Assembly (NCBI GenBank): GCA_963716255.1
Contig: OY970303.1
Coordinates: forward strand, 4,896,001 to 4,960,000
Direction of reading: 5' to 3'
DNA from: an uncultured Gemmatimonadales bacterium
GTDB taxonomy: Bacteria > Gemmatimonadota > Gemmatimonadetes > Longimicrobiales > Longimicrobiaceae
DNA length: 64,000 nt
Below the pieces are notes generated by a model. That model had not been told where the DNA came from, did not search any database, and saw nothing but the letters and a program-made list of their open reading frames with translations. Positions 20,183 through 29,624 of the stretch are shown piece by piece. A program made the position numbers and the translations under genes. Numbering within the stretch: position 1 is the first letter of the stretch; each line of letters starts with the position of its first letter.

Positions 20183-21967
20183 TCAGACGGTGTGGGCGAG
20201 CTCGTGCTCATACGCCAGCAGCACGTCGGCGCGGCTCAGCAGACCTACGAACACGGGTCCCCCGGGACGCGGCTCCACGACGGGCAGCGCGTCGACGGAC
20301 CGGGCGTTCATGGCCGTGAGCGCGGTGCGGAGCGACTGCGCAGGGTTGAGCGGGTCGCTGGGGTCGGCCAGGTCCGCCGCGAGCAGGAGGCCCGCCGCGC
20401 TGCCGCCCGCGAGGATCGCCTCGCGGAGGGCGTGGTGCGTGATCACGCCTGCCAGCGCGCCGTCCGCGTCGACCACGGGGATCACCCCGGGCCCCGAGCG
20501 CCCCGCGAGGTCGATCAGCTCCGGCAGCGTCGCCCCGGGAAGGACCCGCACCCCGTCCTGCGCCAGCGCGTCGCTCACCCGGATGCGCTCCATGAGCGCG
20601 CGGTCGGCGCCGTGCAGGAGGGGCTCACCCCGCGCCTCCAGCCAGCCGTCGTATAGGCCGTGCGGCGCGTAGCGCCGGGCGGTCGCGTACGCGATCACCG
20701 CCACCGCCATCAGGGGGACGACGTAGCTGGGGTCGTCCGTCATCTCGAAGACCATGAAGATGGCGGTGAGCGGGGCCCGGGTCGCGCCCGCCACCATCCC
20801 CGCCATCCCCACCAGCGCCCAGGCGTGCGGGTGGACCATGTGCCCGGGGACCAGCGTGTCCGCCAGCCGGCCCAGCCCGCCGCCGAGCGCCGCCCCGATG
20901 AAGAGCGTGGGGGTGAAGACGCCGCCGGAGCCGCCCGACCCGAGCGTGAGCACGGTCGCCAGGATCTTGGCGAAGGCGAGCGCCAGTAGCAGGTGCCACG
21001 CGAGCCCGCCGAACACCTCGCGCGGAATGGCGAGGTGCCCGTTTCCGCTCAGCAGCCCCCCGGAGTACGCCACGATCACGCCCGTCAGGCCTCCTCCCAC
21101 GATGGGCCGAAGCCATGGCGGGCCGGGGAGCCGGCCGAACGCCGCGGGCGCGGACAGGTACACGCGCGTGTAGAGCGCCGAGACCAGCCCGCAGGCGACG
21201 CCGAGGACGGGGTAGAGCAGCGCGCTCGAGAGCACGTTGGCGTCCCCCGCGCCCGGGACGTGGAAGGCGGGGTGCGACCCCAGGAAGGGGCGGACGGTGA
21301 GCGCGCCGACCACGCTGGCGATGACCACGGGGCTGAACGCGCCCGCGGAAAAGGAGCCCAGAACCTCCTCCAGGGCGAAGAAGGCACCCGCGAACGGCGC
21401 GTTGAATGCCGCGGAGATCCCCGCCGCTGCCCCGCAGCCGAGCAGGATCTTCACCTGCCTGGGCTGGCAGTGGAGCAGCCGGCCCGCCTTGGACCCCAGC
21501 GCGGCACCCAGCACGGCGACGGGACCCTCGCTCCCCGCCGAACCGCCGGATCCCAGCGTCATGGCGGCGGCCACGGTCCGGATCGCGATCGCCCGGCCGT
21601 CGAGGACGCCGCCGCGCTTGGCCACCGCGAGCTGGAGGTCGGGGACGTTCTGCCCCTCGGAGGTGCCGGTCCGCCGCACCAGGTACCAGGCCGCCCACAC
21701 CCCCGCCGCCGTGAGCACCGGGAAGTACACGGGGCTCCTCAGCGCGGGAAAGCGGGCCTCGGGCCAGGTGACGAACACCATGAAGCTCAGGTCGATCAGC
21801 CGGTAGAAGACGACGACACCCAGGCCGCTGGCGACCCCGATGAGGGCGCCGAACAGCATGAGCACGGCGCCCTCGTCCCAGTCCAGCCATTCCAGCGCGG
21901 CCCGCAGCGCGCGCCAGGCCCGGCGGGCCAGGAACGCCGGCCGGAAGCGCCGGGCGGACGCCCTCAC
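20183..21967 (-). CDS. ClC chloride channel/transporter with C-terminal CBS pair
   Basis: GSAGSEGP, GAAAGISAAFNAP, GGSGGVFTPTL, RAPLTAI; CBS motifs PVVD and LLSRADVL. Confidence 0.93.
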   Translation of the reverse strand: MRASARRFRPAFLARRAWRALRAALEWLDWDEGAVLMLFGALIGVASGLGVVVFYRLIDLSFMVFVTWPEARFPALRSPVYFPVLTAAGVWAAWYLVRRTGTSEGQNVPDLQLAVAKRGGVLDGRAIAIRTVAAAMTLGSGGSAGSEGPVAVLGAALGSKAGRLLHCQPRQVKILLGCGAAAGISAAFNAPFAGAFFALEEVLGSFSAGAFSPVVIASVVGALTVRPFLGSHPAFHVPGAGDANVLSSALLYPVLGVACGLVSALYTRVYLSAPAAFGRLPGPPWLRPIVGGGLTGVIVAYSGGLLSGNGHLAIPREVFGGLAWHLLLALAFAKILATVLTLGSGGSGGVFTPTLFIGAALGGGLGRLADTLVPGHMVHPHAWALVGMAGMVAGATRAPLTAIFMVFEMTDDPSYVVPLMAVAVIAYATARRYAPHGLYDGWLEARGEPLLHGADRALMERIRVSDALAQDGVRVLPGATLPELIDLAGRSGPGVIPVVDADGALAGVITHHALREAILAGGSAAGLLLAADLADPSDPLNPAQSLRTALTAMNARSVDALPVVEPRPGGPVFVGLLSRADVLLAYEHELAHTV

Positions 21968-22317
21968 CGGAGCTCCTCCGGCTGCTCGTAGACTGCCCGT
22001 ACCACCTGGACCGGGAACCGTGCGTAGCACCCGGCGACCCTTTCGGCGGCGTGCCGCAGCGCGGGCGTCGACGGGGCGAAGCGGAACGTACCGTCGCCGT
22101 CGCGGCGTGTCCCCGCCACCAGCCCCGCGGCGGCGAGGTCGCGCAGCACCCCGGCCGCGGTCGCCGGGTCGACCGGGGTCTCCGCGGCGACGTCCGCCGG
22201 GGAGTACGCCCGCGCCGGTGCGCCGGCGAGCAGGATCAGGGCTTCCAGGTGCGCGACGGACGCGACGTGGTCCCGGAGCAGGCCGTGTACGTCGTCAGGA
22301 AACCGGTCGTCAGCCAT
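21964..22317 (-). CDS. Conserved hypothetical winged-helix-like protein (paralogue 2 of 3, more divergent)
   Basis: HVASVAHLEALILL...LRDLAAAGLV...FRFAP...VAGCYARFPV; GTGA-coupled to the ClC gene. Confidence 0.65.
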   Translation of the reverse strand: MADDRFPDDVHGLLRDHVASVAHLEALILLAGAPARAYSPADVAAETPVDPATAAGVLRDLAAAGLVAGTRRDGDGTFRFAPSTPALRHAAERVAGCYARFPVQVVRAVYEQPEELR

Positions 22318-22460
22318 GGGACTCACGGATCTGCTGGCCGATCACGTCCACTACCCGGTCCCGGAGGTATGCATCGTTCATCCTTCTCATTCCTGAAGCA
22401 TCACCGCACTCTACCGGCGACGTGGACCCGCCCCGCACTGACCCGGTGCGGCGCACGTAC

Positions 22461-22681
22461 GGCATTTGCAGAATGCAGAATATGGGGGATGCCCCATATT
22501 GGTTCAACCCACGGCGCGAAGGCCACCGGAACGAACGGGGACGGCCGGCGGGGGCCTGCCTCACCACCCCACGGGAAGCAGGGCCGCGTGCGTAGTTTCA
22601 CGACAAGATCCAGATCGGGCCTGGGCGCTGGCGAGGTCCCCGGCAACCCCGTAGGAGCCGCGCGTGGCAACCTGCTCCCGC
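22461..22681 (+). pseudogene. Decayed, internally deleted duplicate of the promoter and 5' end of the dicarboxylate symporter gene
   Basis: Aligns by eye to 23578-23737 and then jumps to 24135-24184; contains frameshifts. Confidence 0.75.
22479..22500. promoter_or_regulatory. Palindromic operator copy AATATGGGG-N4-CCCCATATT
   Basis: Seen directly; matches the copies at 23589 and 25792. Confidence 0.7.
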
Positions 22682-22927
22682 GCGAACCTTGTCTCCCGCC
22701 ATGGCTCCGCCTATGCTGTCCCGTGGGAGCGCCTGTAGCCGGAACTGGCGCGTGCGTTCGTGGCTGGACTGCTGGGCGGGATTCCGGAGAAGAGGCGAGC
22801 GGAAGCGGAACGGCGACTGCTGGAAATCGTCGCGGAGTCGTACCGGCAAGCGGACGCCCACCCTCCGAGTGTAACAGCCCTCCTGAACTCTTGCCCCTCG
22901 AATCTCAATAATCACGGAGTCTCTTCC

Positions 22928-23377
22928 ATGGATTACATCAACTACGCAGGAGTGGTAACGCACGTCGCCCACGAATCGAGCGTTTCCACTTCACATAAAA
23001 CGATGTTTCGAGTTGCCGGACGCCCGGTGAAATGGGGAAAGGCTCTGAACATGGGAAATGGCGATCATGTGTCGGTGGTGGGAATCGACAAAGGAGGAAC
23101 CCTGCACGCCATCGCGATGAAGAACGATTCGACGGGAGAGCGGAACGTGAAGCGGGTTCCTGCGTGGATGCAGGTGGTCAGCATTCTTCTCCGGGTGATC
23201 GGTGTCGCCTGTATCGGGGCCGCGATCATCGGGGAGATGCCCGACGCGCTCGGTTACGGCATCGTATGCGGCTTGGCCGGGATCTTTCTTCGCTTTTTAC
23301 ATCGGGAGAAGCGCGACGAAGTCACGGCAGCCGAGCAGATGCTGAATCGAATGGCTGCCGCGGCTCCTGCTCCGTAA
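22928..23377 (+). CDS. Hypothetical protein, small beta-rich N-terminus and two TM helices, lower GC
   Basis: MDYINYAGVVTHV...; hydrophobic VVSILLRVIGVACIGAAII and LGYGIVCGLAGIFL; RBS-like GGAG upstream. Confidence 0.6.
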   Translation: MDYINYAGVVTHVAHESSVSTSHKTMFRVAGRPVKWGKALNMGNGDHVSVVGIDKGGTLHAIAMKNDSTGERNVKRVPAWMQVVSILLRVIGVACIGAAIIGEMPDALGYGIVCGLAGIFLRFLHREKRDEVTAAEQMLNRMAAAAPAP

Positions 23378-23457
23378 GCTCGACCTCGGTAGACCTGAGC
23401 ATCCACGAACAAAAAGCTCCCCTCATCGCGCGGCCTCGCATGTCGTTCTGGGAACGA

Positions 23458-23490
23458 GAGCCCCGGCCAGGATCAACCCGGCCGGGGCTC
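23458..23490. terminator. GC-rich hairpin after the 22928 gene
   Basis: GAGCCCCGGCC-N11-GGCCGGGGCTC; no strong U tract. Confidence 0.35.
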
Positions 23491-23588
23491 AGTCTGTCGG
23501 CACGTAGCAGGGATGACTGTCACCGGGACTGACTTCGACGACAAACGCCACAGAGCACGAGTACGAGGCGCACGCATGGCATTTGCAG

Positions 23589-23610
23589 GATATGGGGGAC
23601 ACCCCATATT
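23589..23610. promoter_or_regulatory. Palindromic operator copy upstream of the symporter
   Basis: GATATGGGG-GACA-CCCCATATT. Confidence 0.7.
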
Positions 23611-23694
23611 GGTTCGACCCGGGGCGCGAACGGCCGCGGGAACAGCCGGGGCGGCCTGCGGCCTCCTGCACCACCCGACGGGGAGCACCCACGC

Positions 23695-25026
23695 GTGCAG
23701 CTCCACAACAAGATCCTGATCGGCCTGGGCGCCGGCGTGCTGGCCGGCGCGGCGGCGAACGCAGCGGGCGTGTCCGACGCCGCGTGGTGGGGAGAGCGCG
23801 TGCTCCCGCTCCTGGAGTTCATGGGCGCCGTGTTCGTCCGCCTCATCACCATGATCGTGGTCCCGCTGGTGGTCGCGTCCCTCCTCACCGGGGTGGCGTC
23901 GCTGGGGGACATCCGCAAGCTGGGCCGGATCGGAGGCAAGACGCTGGCCTACTACCTGTTCACCACCGCGGTGGCGGTCTGCATCGGGCTCACCCTGGCC
24001 CTGGCGGTGCGGCCGGGCAGCCGGATCAGCGCCGCCTCGCGCGACGCGCTGGCGGCGGAGTTCGGCGCGGACGCGGCCGGCAAGGTGGCGCTGGCGGCGG
24101 AGAAGCCCGGCACGCTGGACCTGCTGCTGGAGATGGTCCCCAGCAACCCCGTGGGCGCCGCGGCGGAGGGCAACCTGCTCCCGCTCATCGTCTTCGTGCT
24201 GGTCTTCGGCGCGGCGGTGTCGCTGCTGCGGCCGGAGCGCCGCGACGCGATCCTGACGTTCTTCGCCGGCGTCAACGACGCCGCCCTGATCATCGTCGAC
24301 TGGATCATGAAGCTGGCGCCGCTGGCCGTCTTCGCCCTGATCACCGGGGTGGTCAGCCGGTTCGGCATGGACGTGCTGGGCTCCCTGGCCGTGTATGCCG
24401 GGGTGGTGGTGGCGGGGCTCGCCCTGCACGCGTTCGGCACCTACGGGGTGCTGGTGGCGCTCCTGGCGAGGCTGAATCCCCTGGACTTCTTCCGGCGGAT
24501 CCGGGAGGTGCCGCTGATCGCGTTCTCCACCTCGTCGTCCAGCGCGACGCTCCCCGTGACCATGGAGACCGCGGAGGAGAAGCTGGGCGTCTCCCGGCCG
24601 GTCGCGTCGTTCGTCCTCCCGCTGGGAGCCACCGTCAACATGGACGGGACGGCGCTCTACCAGGGCGTGGCGACGGTGTTCATCGCGCAGGTGTACGGGA
24701 TCGAGCTGGGGGTGGGTGAAATCCTCACCGTGGTGCTCACCGCGACGCTGGCCTCCATCGGGGCCGCGGGCGTGCCGAGCGCCGGGATCGTCACGCTGAT
24801 CCTGGTCCTCCAGTCGGTGGGGCTCGCGGGTCAGGCGGCGGCGGGAATCGCGCTGATCCTGGGGGTGGACCGGCTCCTGGACATGCTCCGGACGGCGGTG
24901 AACGTGACGGGCGACCTGTCCTGCGCGGCGTTCGTCGCGCGCACCGAGGGCGAACTCCTGGTCCCGCGCCCGGTGGACCACGCGATCGAGCTGGGCTCAT
25001 CGGCACCGCCGGTAGGAGCGGCGTAG
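23695..25026 (+). CDS. Dicarboxylate/amino acid:cation symporter (DAACS, GltP-like)
   Basis: AFSTSSSSATLP, PLGATVNMDGT, ASIGAAGVP, GVDRLLDMLRTAVNVTGD. Confidence 0.95.
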   Translation: MQLHNKILIGLGAGVLAGAAANAAGVSDAAWWGERVLPLLEFMGAVFVRLITMIVVPLVVASLLTGVASLGDIRKLGRIGGKTLAYYLFTTAVAVCIGLTLALAVRPGSRISAASRDALAAEFGADAAGKVALAAEKPGTLDLLLEMVPSNPVGAAAEGNLLPLIVFVLVFGAAVSLLRPERRDAILTFFAGVNDAALIIVDWIMKLAPLAVFALITGVVSRFGMDVLGSLAVYAGVVVAGLALHAFGTYGVLVALLARLNPLDFFRRIREVPLIAFSTSSSSATLPVTMETAEEKLGVSRPVASFVLPLGATVNMDGTALYQGVATVFIAQVYGIELGVGEILTVVLTATLASIGAAGVPSAGIVTLILVLQSVGLAGQAAAGIALILGVDRLLDMLRTAVNVTGDLSCAAFVARTEGELLVPRPVDHAIELGSSAPPVGAA

Positions 25027-25071
25027 GGCTCCTGCCGGACGAACGGCGCGCCGACGGAGTTGTCGGCTGCC

Positions 25072-25446
25072 TCAGCGAATGCGGAAGGCGTCGCTGAAGC
25101 TGCGAACTGGGTCGGGCGGCCGGCGGAAGACGAGGTTCAGCACCCCGACGCGGTCCGCCCGGTACGCGTCCGCCAGCGCCTGCACCTCCGCGTCCAGCTC
25201 CGGCGAGCGGGGTTGGTACCGGTACTCCGGGTCGGCGGCTCCGTCCGAGCGCAGGAATCCCAGCTCCACCAGGCTCTCCAGCCGCAGGGTGGCCGCCGCG
25301 GGAACCGTGAAGATCTCGCGGCTCACATCGTGGGCGCGCCACCCCCGGTCGGGGTGCCGATGCAGCAGCAGGAGCACTTCGAGTTGCTCCGCCGATTCGA
25401 TGTTCGCCGCGATGAAGCGCTGAACGGGCTCGGGCACCCCGCTCAT
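25072..25446 (-). CDS. Conserved hypothetical winged-helix-like protein (paralogue 3 of 3)
   Basis: RFIAANIESAEQLEVLLLL...ATLRLESLV..G.L...YRADRV...DPVRSFSDAFR; clear homology to 16647-17039. Confidence 0.75.
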   Translation of the reverse strand: MSGVPEPVQRFIAANIESAEQLEVLLLLHRHPDRGWRAHDVSREIFTVPAAATLRLESLVELGFLRSDGAADPEYRYQPRSPELDAEVQALADAYRADRVGVLNLVFRRPPDPVRSFSDAFRIR

Positions 25447-25551
25447 GGCCGGCTCGCCGGGATCTCTGCTGAAGGCGCCATCATTGCATGCGGCATCGTG
25501 AGTAGCTGCTCCTTCCGGGCCGCCCGCTCCGGGCGCCGGCGTCGCCTCCGT

Positions 25552-25731
25552 TCACCGGTGCGGCGGCCGCTGCTCTTCCGCGGCCATGCCCGGTACCGGA
25601 GGCGCGGCGGGGTCGATCCCGTCCGGATCGAAGTGGCGGCGGCCCCGGAGGATCTTTGCATACGGCCAGGTGATGAGGCTCAACAGGGCTGTCCAGATCA
25701 CCGCCATGAAGATGATCGGAGTGGTCGTCAT
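25552..25731 (-). CDS. Small single-TM protein (59 aa)
   Basis: MTTTPIIFMAVIWTALLSLITWPYAKIL; RBS AAGGAAG; divergent from marR. Confidence 0.6.
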   Translation of the reverse strand: MTTTPIIFMAVIWTALLSLITWPYAKILRGRRHFDPDGIDPAAPPVPGMAAEEQRPPHR

Positions 25732-25791
25732 ATCTTCCTTCCCGAGGTTCTGGATCCCACACAGCGACGGCCGGCTCCGCCCTGTACCATC

Positions 25792-25817
25792 CGAATATGG
25801 GGGATCCCCCATATTCG
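25792..25817. promoter_or_regulatory. Perfect 26-bp palindrome CGAATATGGGGGATCCCCCATATTCG, probable MarR operator
   Basis: Perfect inverted repeat 24 bp upstream of the marR ATG, in a divergent intergenic region. Confidence 0.75.
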
Positions 25818-25841
25818 AACAACCCACCAGCTGGGGGCGAG

Positions 25842-26375
25842 ATGAAGGGTGAGTTGAAGGACGCGGGAACGGGTGCCGCGGAGGCCGGAGGAGGCGGGGG
25901 GAGGGATGCGCACACCGCGGCCGCCGTCGACGCGCTGCGCCGCATCCTGCGCGTGATGCGCACCGCGGCGACGGAAACACAGGCCACGCTCGGGATCAGC
26001 GCGGCGCAGCTGTTCGTCCTTTCCCAGCTGACGCACGCGGACGGGCTCTCCATCAACGAGCTGGCCGAGCGGACGCTGACGGACCGCAGCTCGGTGGCTG
26101 CGGTGGTGGACCGGCTGGTGGGGCGGGGGCTCGCGGAGCGGTCGCCATCGCCGCGCGACCGGCGCCGGGCGGAGGTGCGGATCACCGAGGCCGGCAGGAG
26201 CCTGCTGGTGCAGGCGCCGACCGCGCCCACGGCGCTGCTGGTGGCCGGCCTGGCGCGGCTGTCGGACCCGGAGGTCCACACCCTCGCGACCGCGCTGGAC
26301 CGGCTGGTGGGTGCCATGCAGCTGCAAGCGACGCCCGCGGCGATGTTCTTCGAAGAGGAGGATCGGCCACGGTGA
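25842..26375 (+). CDS. MarR-family transcriptional regulator
   Basis: GISAAQLFVL...SINELAE...DRSSV..VVDRLV.RGL.ER...DRR...VRITEAG. Confidence 0.92.
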   Translation: MKGELKDAGTGAAEAGGGGGRDAHTAAAVDALRRILRVMRTAATETQATLGISAAQLFVLSQLTHADGLSINELAERTLTDRSSVAAVVDRLVGRGLAERSPSPRDRRRAEVRITEAGRSLLVQAPTAPTALLVAGLARLSDPEVHTLATALDRLVGAMQLQATPAAMFFEEEDRPR

Positions 26376-26432
26376 GCCGCCCGTCCGCACCGAGAACTCG
26401 GCCGCGTGGGGACGGCCCCATACGCTCACCAT

Positions 26433-26577
26433 CGCGGAAGTCGAGCGCAACCTACCGGTGCCGGGCCGAGCGTGCTCCTTTGGCGTAGCGCTCCATGAAG
26501 CGGCGCTCGCTCGCCGTGGTCCCGATCAGGATCAACTCGGCACCGAGGCCGCCCAGCATCGGCATGTCCGCGGGGGG
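26433..26577 (-). repeat. 145-bp imperfect direct repeat of the 3' end of the TrkA-type K+ channel gene (29606-29750)
   Basis: Colinear match, e.g. TTGGCGTAGCGCTCCATGAAGCGGCGCTCGCTCGCCGT is present in both copies. Confidence 0.85.
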
Positions 26578-26579
26578 TG

Positions 26580-26785
26580 TTGCCCGACCTGCGGGCAATC
26601 CGCGCCCCCATCGAGTTGCCTCGGGACAACGGACCCACCGAGGGGCACATCAATCGGCTGAAGACCCTGAAGCGGCAGATGTACGGCCGCGCCGGCTTCG
26701 GGCTGCTACGCGCTCGCTCCTTGACGCCACCCAGATGGTGGCTAGAAACGGAGGACCGGTTCTTCACCAGAAGTGCGGCAGAACC
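26580..26785 (+). mobile_element. ISL3-family remnant: transposase C-terminus plus terminal repeat
   Basis: NGPTEGHINRLKTLKRQMYGRAGF.LLRAR motif followed by the end sequence TTCACCAGAAGTGCGGCAGAACC. Confidence 0.8.
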
Positions 26786-26993
26786 GATTTACATCCGCCG
26801 CTACCAGTGGCAGCAGACCGACGTTGTACGCTTTCAGGTTGTACCTAGGCACGGCGGCTTCGATCAACGCAACGAGCCCACGAACAAGTACACTCGGGAC
26901 CAACCCCTCTAGTACAGAATCGCTGAAGTCCTTAGCCGGCGAATACCAAGTTTAGCCGCGTGGGGCTGCACAGGAAACTTCAGTCTGCACCAT

Positions 26994-27344
26994 CTATCCA
27001 TTGATTGTGATAGGATTTCCTTCGAGCCATTCGATGTGAATGTAGAAATTCGCATCGACAGGTGCGAGCACTCTAATTGTCAAAGTGCCTGGTGAGAAAT
27101 CACCGCCGCCTCCGGAAAGCGGACCTCCCTTAAAGCCGGCCTGGCATGACATGTCTGAATGATAATCTCCACGGATCTCAAATCGGATCGTACCGTGCGT
27201 CACGTGGGTGTATATTTTCCGGCATTTTTTGACTTTGCCGAAATTGAAGGCCTTACCAGCCTTGAGCGACAGGTTTGCCTTATATCGCTTTCTCGACTCA
27301 CCGGCCTCTTGAAACTCCTCAATGTCGGCGCTATTGAGATCCAT
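26994..27344 (-). CDS. Hypothetical protein, low GC
   Basis: 116-aa ORF MDLNSADIEEF... with a GAGAGGA RBS; no recognisable motif. Confidence 0.55.
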   Translation of the reverse strand: MDLNSADIEEFQEAGESRKRYKANLSLKAGKAFNFGKVKKCRKIYTHVTHGTIRFEIRGDYHSDMSCQAGFKGGPLSGGGGDFSPGTLTIRVLAPVDANFYIHIEWLEGNPITING

Positions 27345-27469
27345 TGATATCCTCTCTTGCTGAGATGATTGCGTGAAGGGCAATGCCACAATGCCCTATG
27401 GGGACGGACTATGCAAATAGTACAGTTGATGACCAAAAAAGTCGAGCTCCTAGTTGTGCCGGGCCTAAA

Positions 27470-28335
27470 AGAGCGTGTTATGAACCTGATCGGGGTCCGG
27501 GTTGTATTGGCCTAAATGAGCCAACGCAAACCATATCCGAGTGATGTGCGCGACGAGGAGTGGGCCTTCGTCGCCCCTTATCTGACCCTGCTGCCCGTCA
27601 CCGCCAAGCAGCGCAAGCACAGTCTGCGCGAGGTCTTCAACGGCCTGCGCTGGATCGTCAAGACGGGTTCGCCCTGGCGCTACATGCCCCACGATCTGCC
27701 GCCGCATGCGGCCGTCTTCCAGCAGACGCAACGCTGGATCCAGAGCGGCGCCTTCGCGGCGATCACGCACGACCTGTGCAGCCTCCTGCGCTTGCTAGAG
27801 GGCCGCACAGAGCAGCCCTCGGCCGCGGTCTTCGACAGTCGCACCTTGCGCTCTACGCCCGAGAGCGGGGCCCGAGCCGGTCTGGACCCGTACAAGAAGA
27901 TGCGCGGCTCCAAAGTGCACATGGCCGTCGATACGCTGGGCCATCTGCTCGCCGCGGTCGTCACCCCAGCCAGTACGCAGGACCGCGATGCCGTGGCGCG
28001 ACTCGCGCACGCTGTGCAGGAAGCCACGCAGGAGACGGTCGAAGTCGCCTTCGTCGACGGCGTCTACAAGGGCCCGGTGGCCCATGATGCAGCTCAGGCC
28101 GAAGAGGGATCCGTCTGGAAGTCGTCACGCTCCCAGAGGGGCAGCGAGGCTTCGTTCTTCTGCCCCGGCGTTGGGTGGTCGAACGCAGCTTCGCCTGGAT
28201 GAGCCGCTTTCGCAGGCTGGCCCGGGACTACGAGCGATTGCCCGAGACGCTGGAGGCGATCCACTTCATCGCCTTCGTCTGCGTGATGCTCAGCCGCGCC
28301 TACTCCTTGCTGGAGATAGGTTCATAACACGCTCT
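27470..28335 (+). mobile_element. IS5-family (IS1031-like) insertion sequence, about 865 bp
   Basis: Perfect 18-bp terminal inverted repeats AGAGCGTGTTATGAACCT / AGGTTCATAACACGCTCT enclosing a transposase. Confidence 0.92.
27516..28327 (+). pseudogene. IS5-family transposase with a frameshift near 28108
   Basis: YPSDV..EEW, KTGSPWRYMPHDLP, DSRT, GSKVHMAVDTLG, VDGVY in one frame. [23 protein letters not shown] continues in another frame. Confidence 0.85.
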
Positions 28336-28536
28336 AATACATGTGCCGGCTGTCAAGCTGAACCGCTCGTTCAGCTTCTGCGGTTGCCAGGAAATCGGTG
28401 AGGGGCATTATTCGATCCTCCCAGTCCTGATGTCCGAGGACGAAGCCGAGGCGGTAGGCGCTCTAGCCCTGCGCCCCCCCCCATGTTCAGCCTATTCGTG
28501 CCCTGCAGACCGCCCATGCAGAGTTCTGGACACGCC

Positions 28537-28559
28537 TTCACCAGAAGTGCGGAAGAACC
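28537..28559 (+). mobile_element. Isolated second ISL3-type terminal repeat
   Basis: TTCACCAGAAGTGCGGAAGAACC, one mismatch to 26763-26785, same orientation. Confidence 0.65.
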
Positions 28560-28838
28560 CAAGATACGTGTCGTCCAACAAGATCGTGTTGGACGGCATG
28601 AGTTCTATCGCTCGTGCGACACGGAAGATGTCGCACTTTCGCAATCCTGCGACACGCAATTTGTCGCAGTGTGTTTCGCAAGTCCGGCCTGGGATGACTC
28701 TCAGTAAACAGGCGATGAAGGTTCCGGCAATCTTGAGGGCGGTTCAATAAGTGAAGTACTAGCGGCCGGGAAGGCGTTACCGTTAAAGACGGGGGATCCC
28801 CGGAGGCAGCTATTCGATTACGGTTTTGTGGCGATTCA

Positions 28839-29324
28839 CTAAGTCGTTGACGGCCGCCTAAGCCACCTGGTAACTGTACTTCGTGATCGAGAACACTTGG
28901 TTGAATGGTCGGCATCAGCGTTGTTTCGCGGCACCATTGATGGAAGCACCAGCGGCACAAACCGGCTGCTGTAGACCACGTAATGGCTGTCTGTACCAAT
29001 ATTCTTCTGAGGTACCGTGGCCAAATGTTCCATGTAGACGATCACGCGTTCGACAAACGGTTCCATCTGAGCCATCTCCTCATCCGCCCCCAGCCCACTG
29101 TCGCGGAACGCTAGGCCGAGCGCGACCGTGTACCTCCGCATCATCTCCTCAACTCTGATCCTGCCCGCGAACCTCTTCAGGAGGAGCATGTAAAAAACAG
29201 CCGCATTGGACGCTGGGTGCTCTTCTCTCACCCGGCGGAGATCGTCTTCGTGAAGAATCCCCGAACCGGTGATCCCTAACAGATTCAGTTCGAGATTTAT
29301 TCTGTAGATAGCCACGCCTGCCAA
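28839..29324 (-). CDS. Hypothetical protein or gene fragment, lower GC
   Basis: Helical-looking ORF of about 160 aa; start unclear. Confidence 0.35.
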   Translation of the reverse strand: MAGVAIYRINLELNLLGITGSGILHEDDLRRVREEHPASNAAVFYMLLLKRFAGRIRVEEMMRRYTVALGLAFRDSGLGADEEMAQMEPFVERVIVYMEHLATVPQKNIGTDSHYVVYSSRFVPLVLPSMVPRNNADADHSTKCSRSRSTVTRWLRRPSTT

Positions 29325-29624
29325 AAGGCGCAGGAGCGCGTCAATCGTAAGCTTCTTCTTGAAAAAGTAGACTTGGGAGTCTTATGTGCGGGGGGTCTGG
29401 TGGGGGCGGCGATTCCCGTCATACTACACCTCGACTTGGTCACGGCAAAGTCTCCCATCCCCGGTGGATTGCCTGGCCATGTGCTTCTCCCGGCCAGCAG
29501 GAGCCCGGCAGTGGGGTCACCGCAAGTCCAAGCGCAACCTGCAGATCGCGGTGAGTGATCCGCTTGTTCGAAAGCGGCAGGGCTGTGAGGTTGCGTCCCG
29601 CGAGGCGCGGAAGGCGAGCGCGAC

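Noticed and set aside
22479..25817. Palindromic repeats as a CRISPR array
   Set aside because: Only three copies, kilobases apart, with no regular spacers and no cas genes; better explained as operators.
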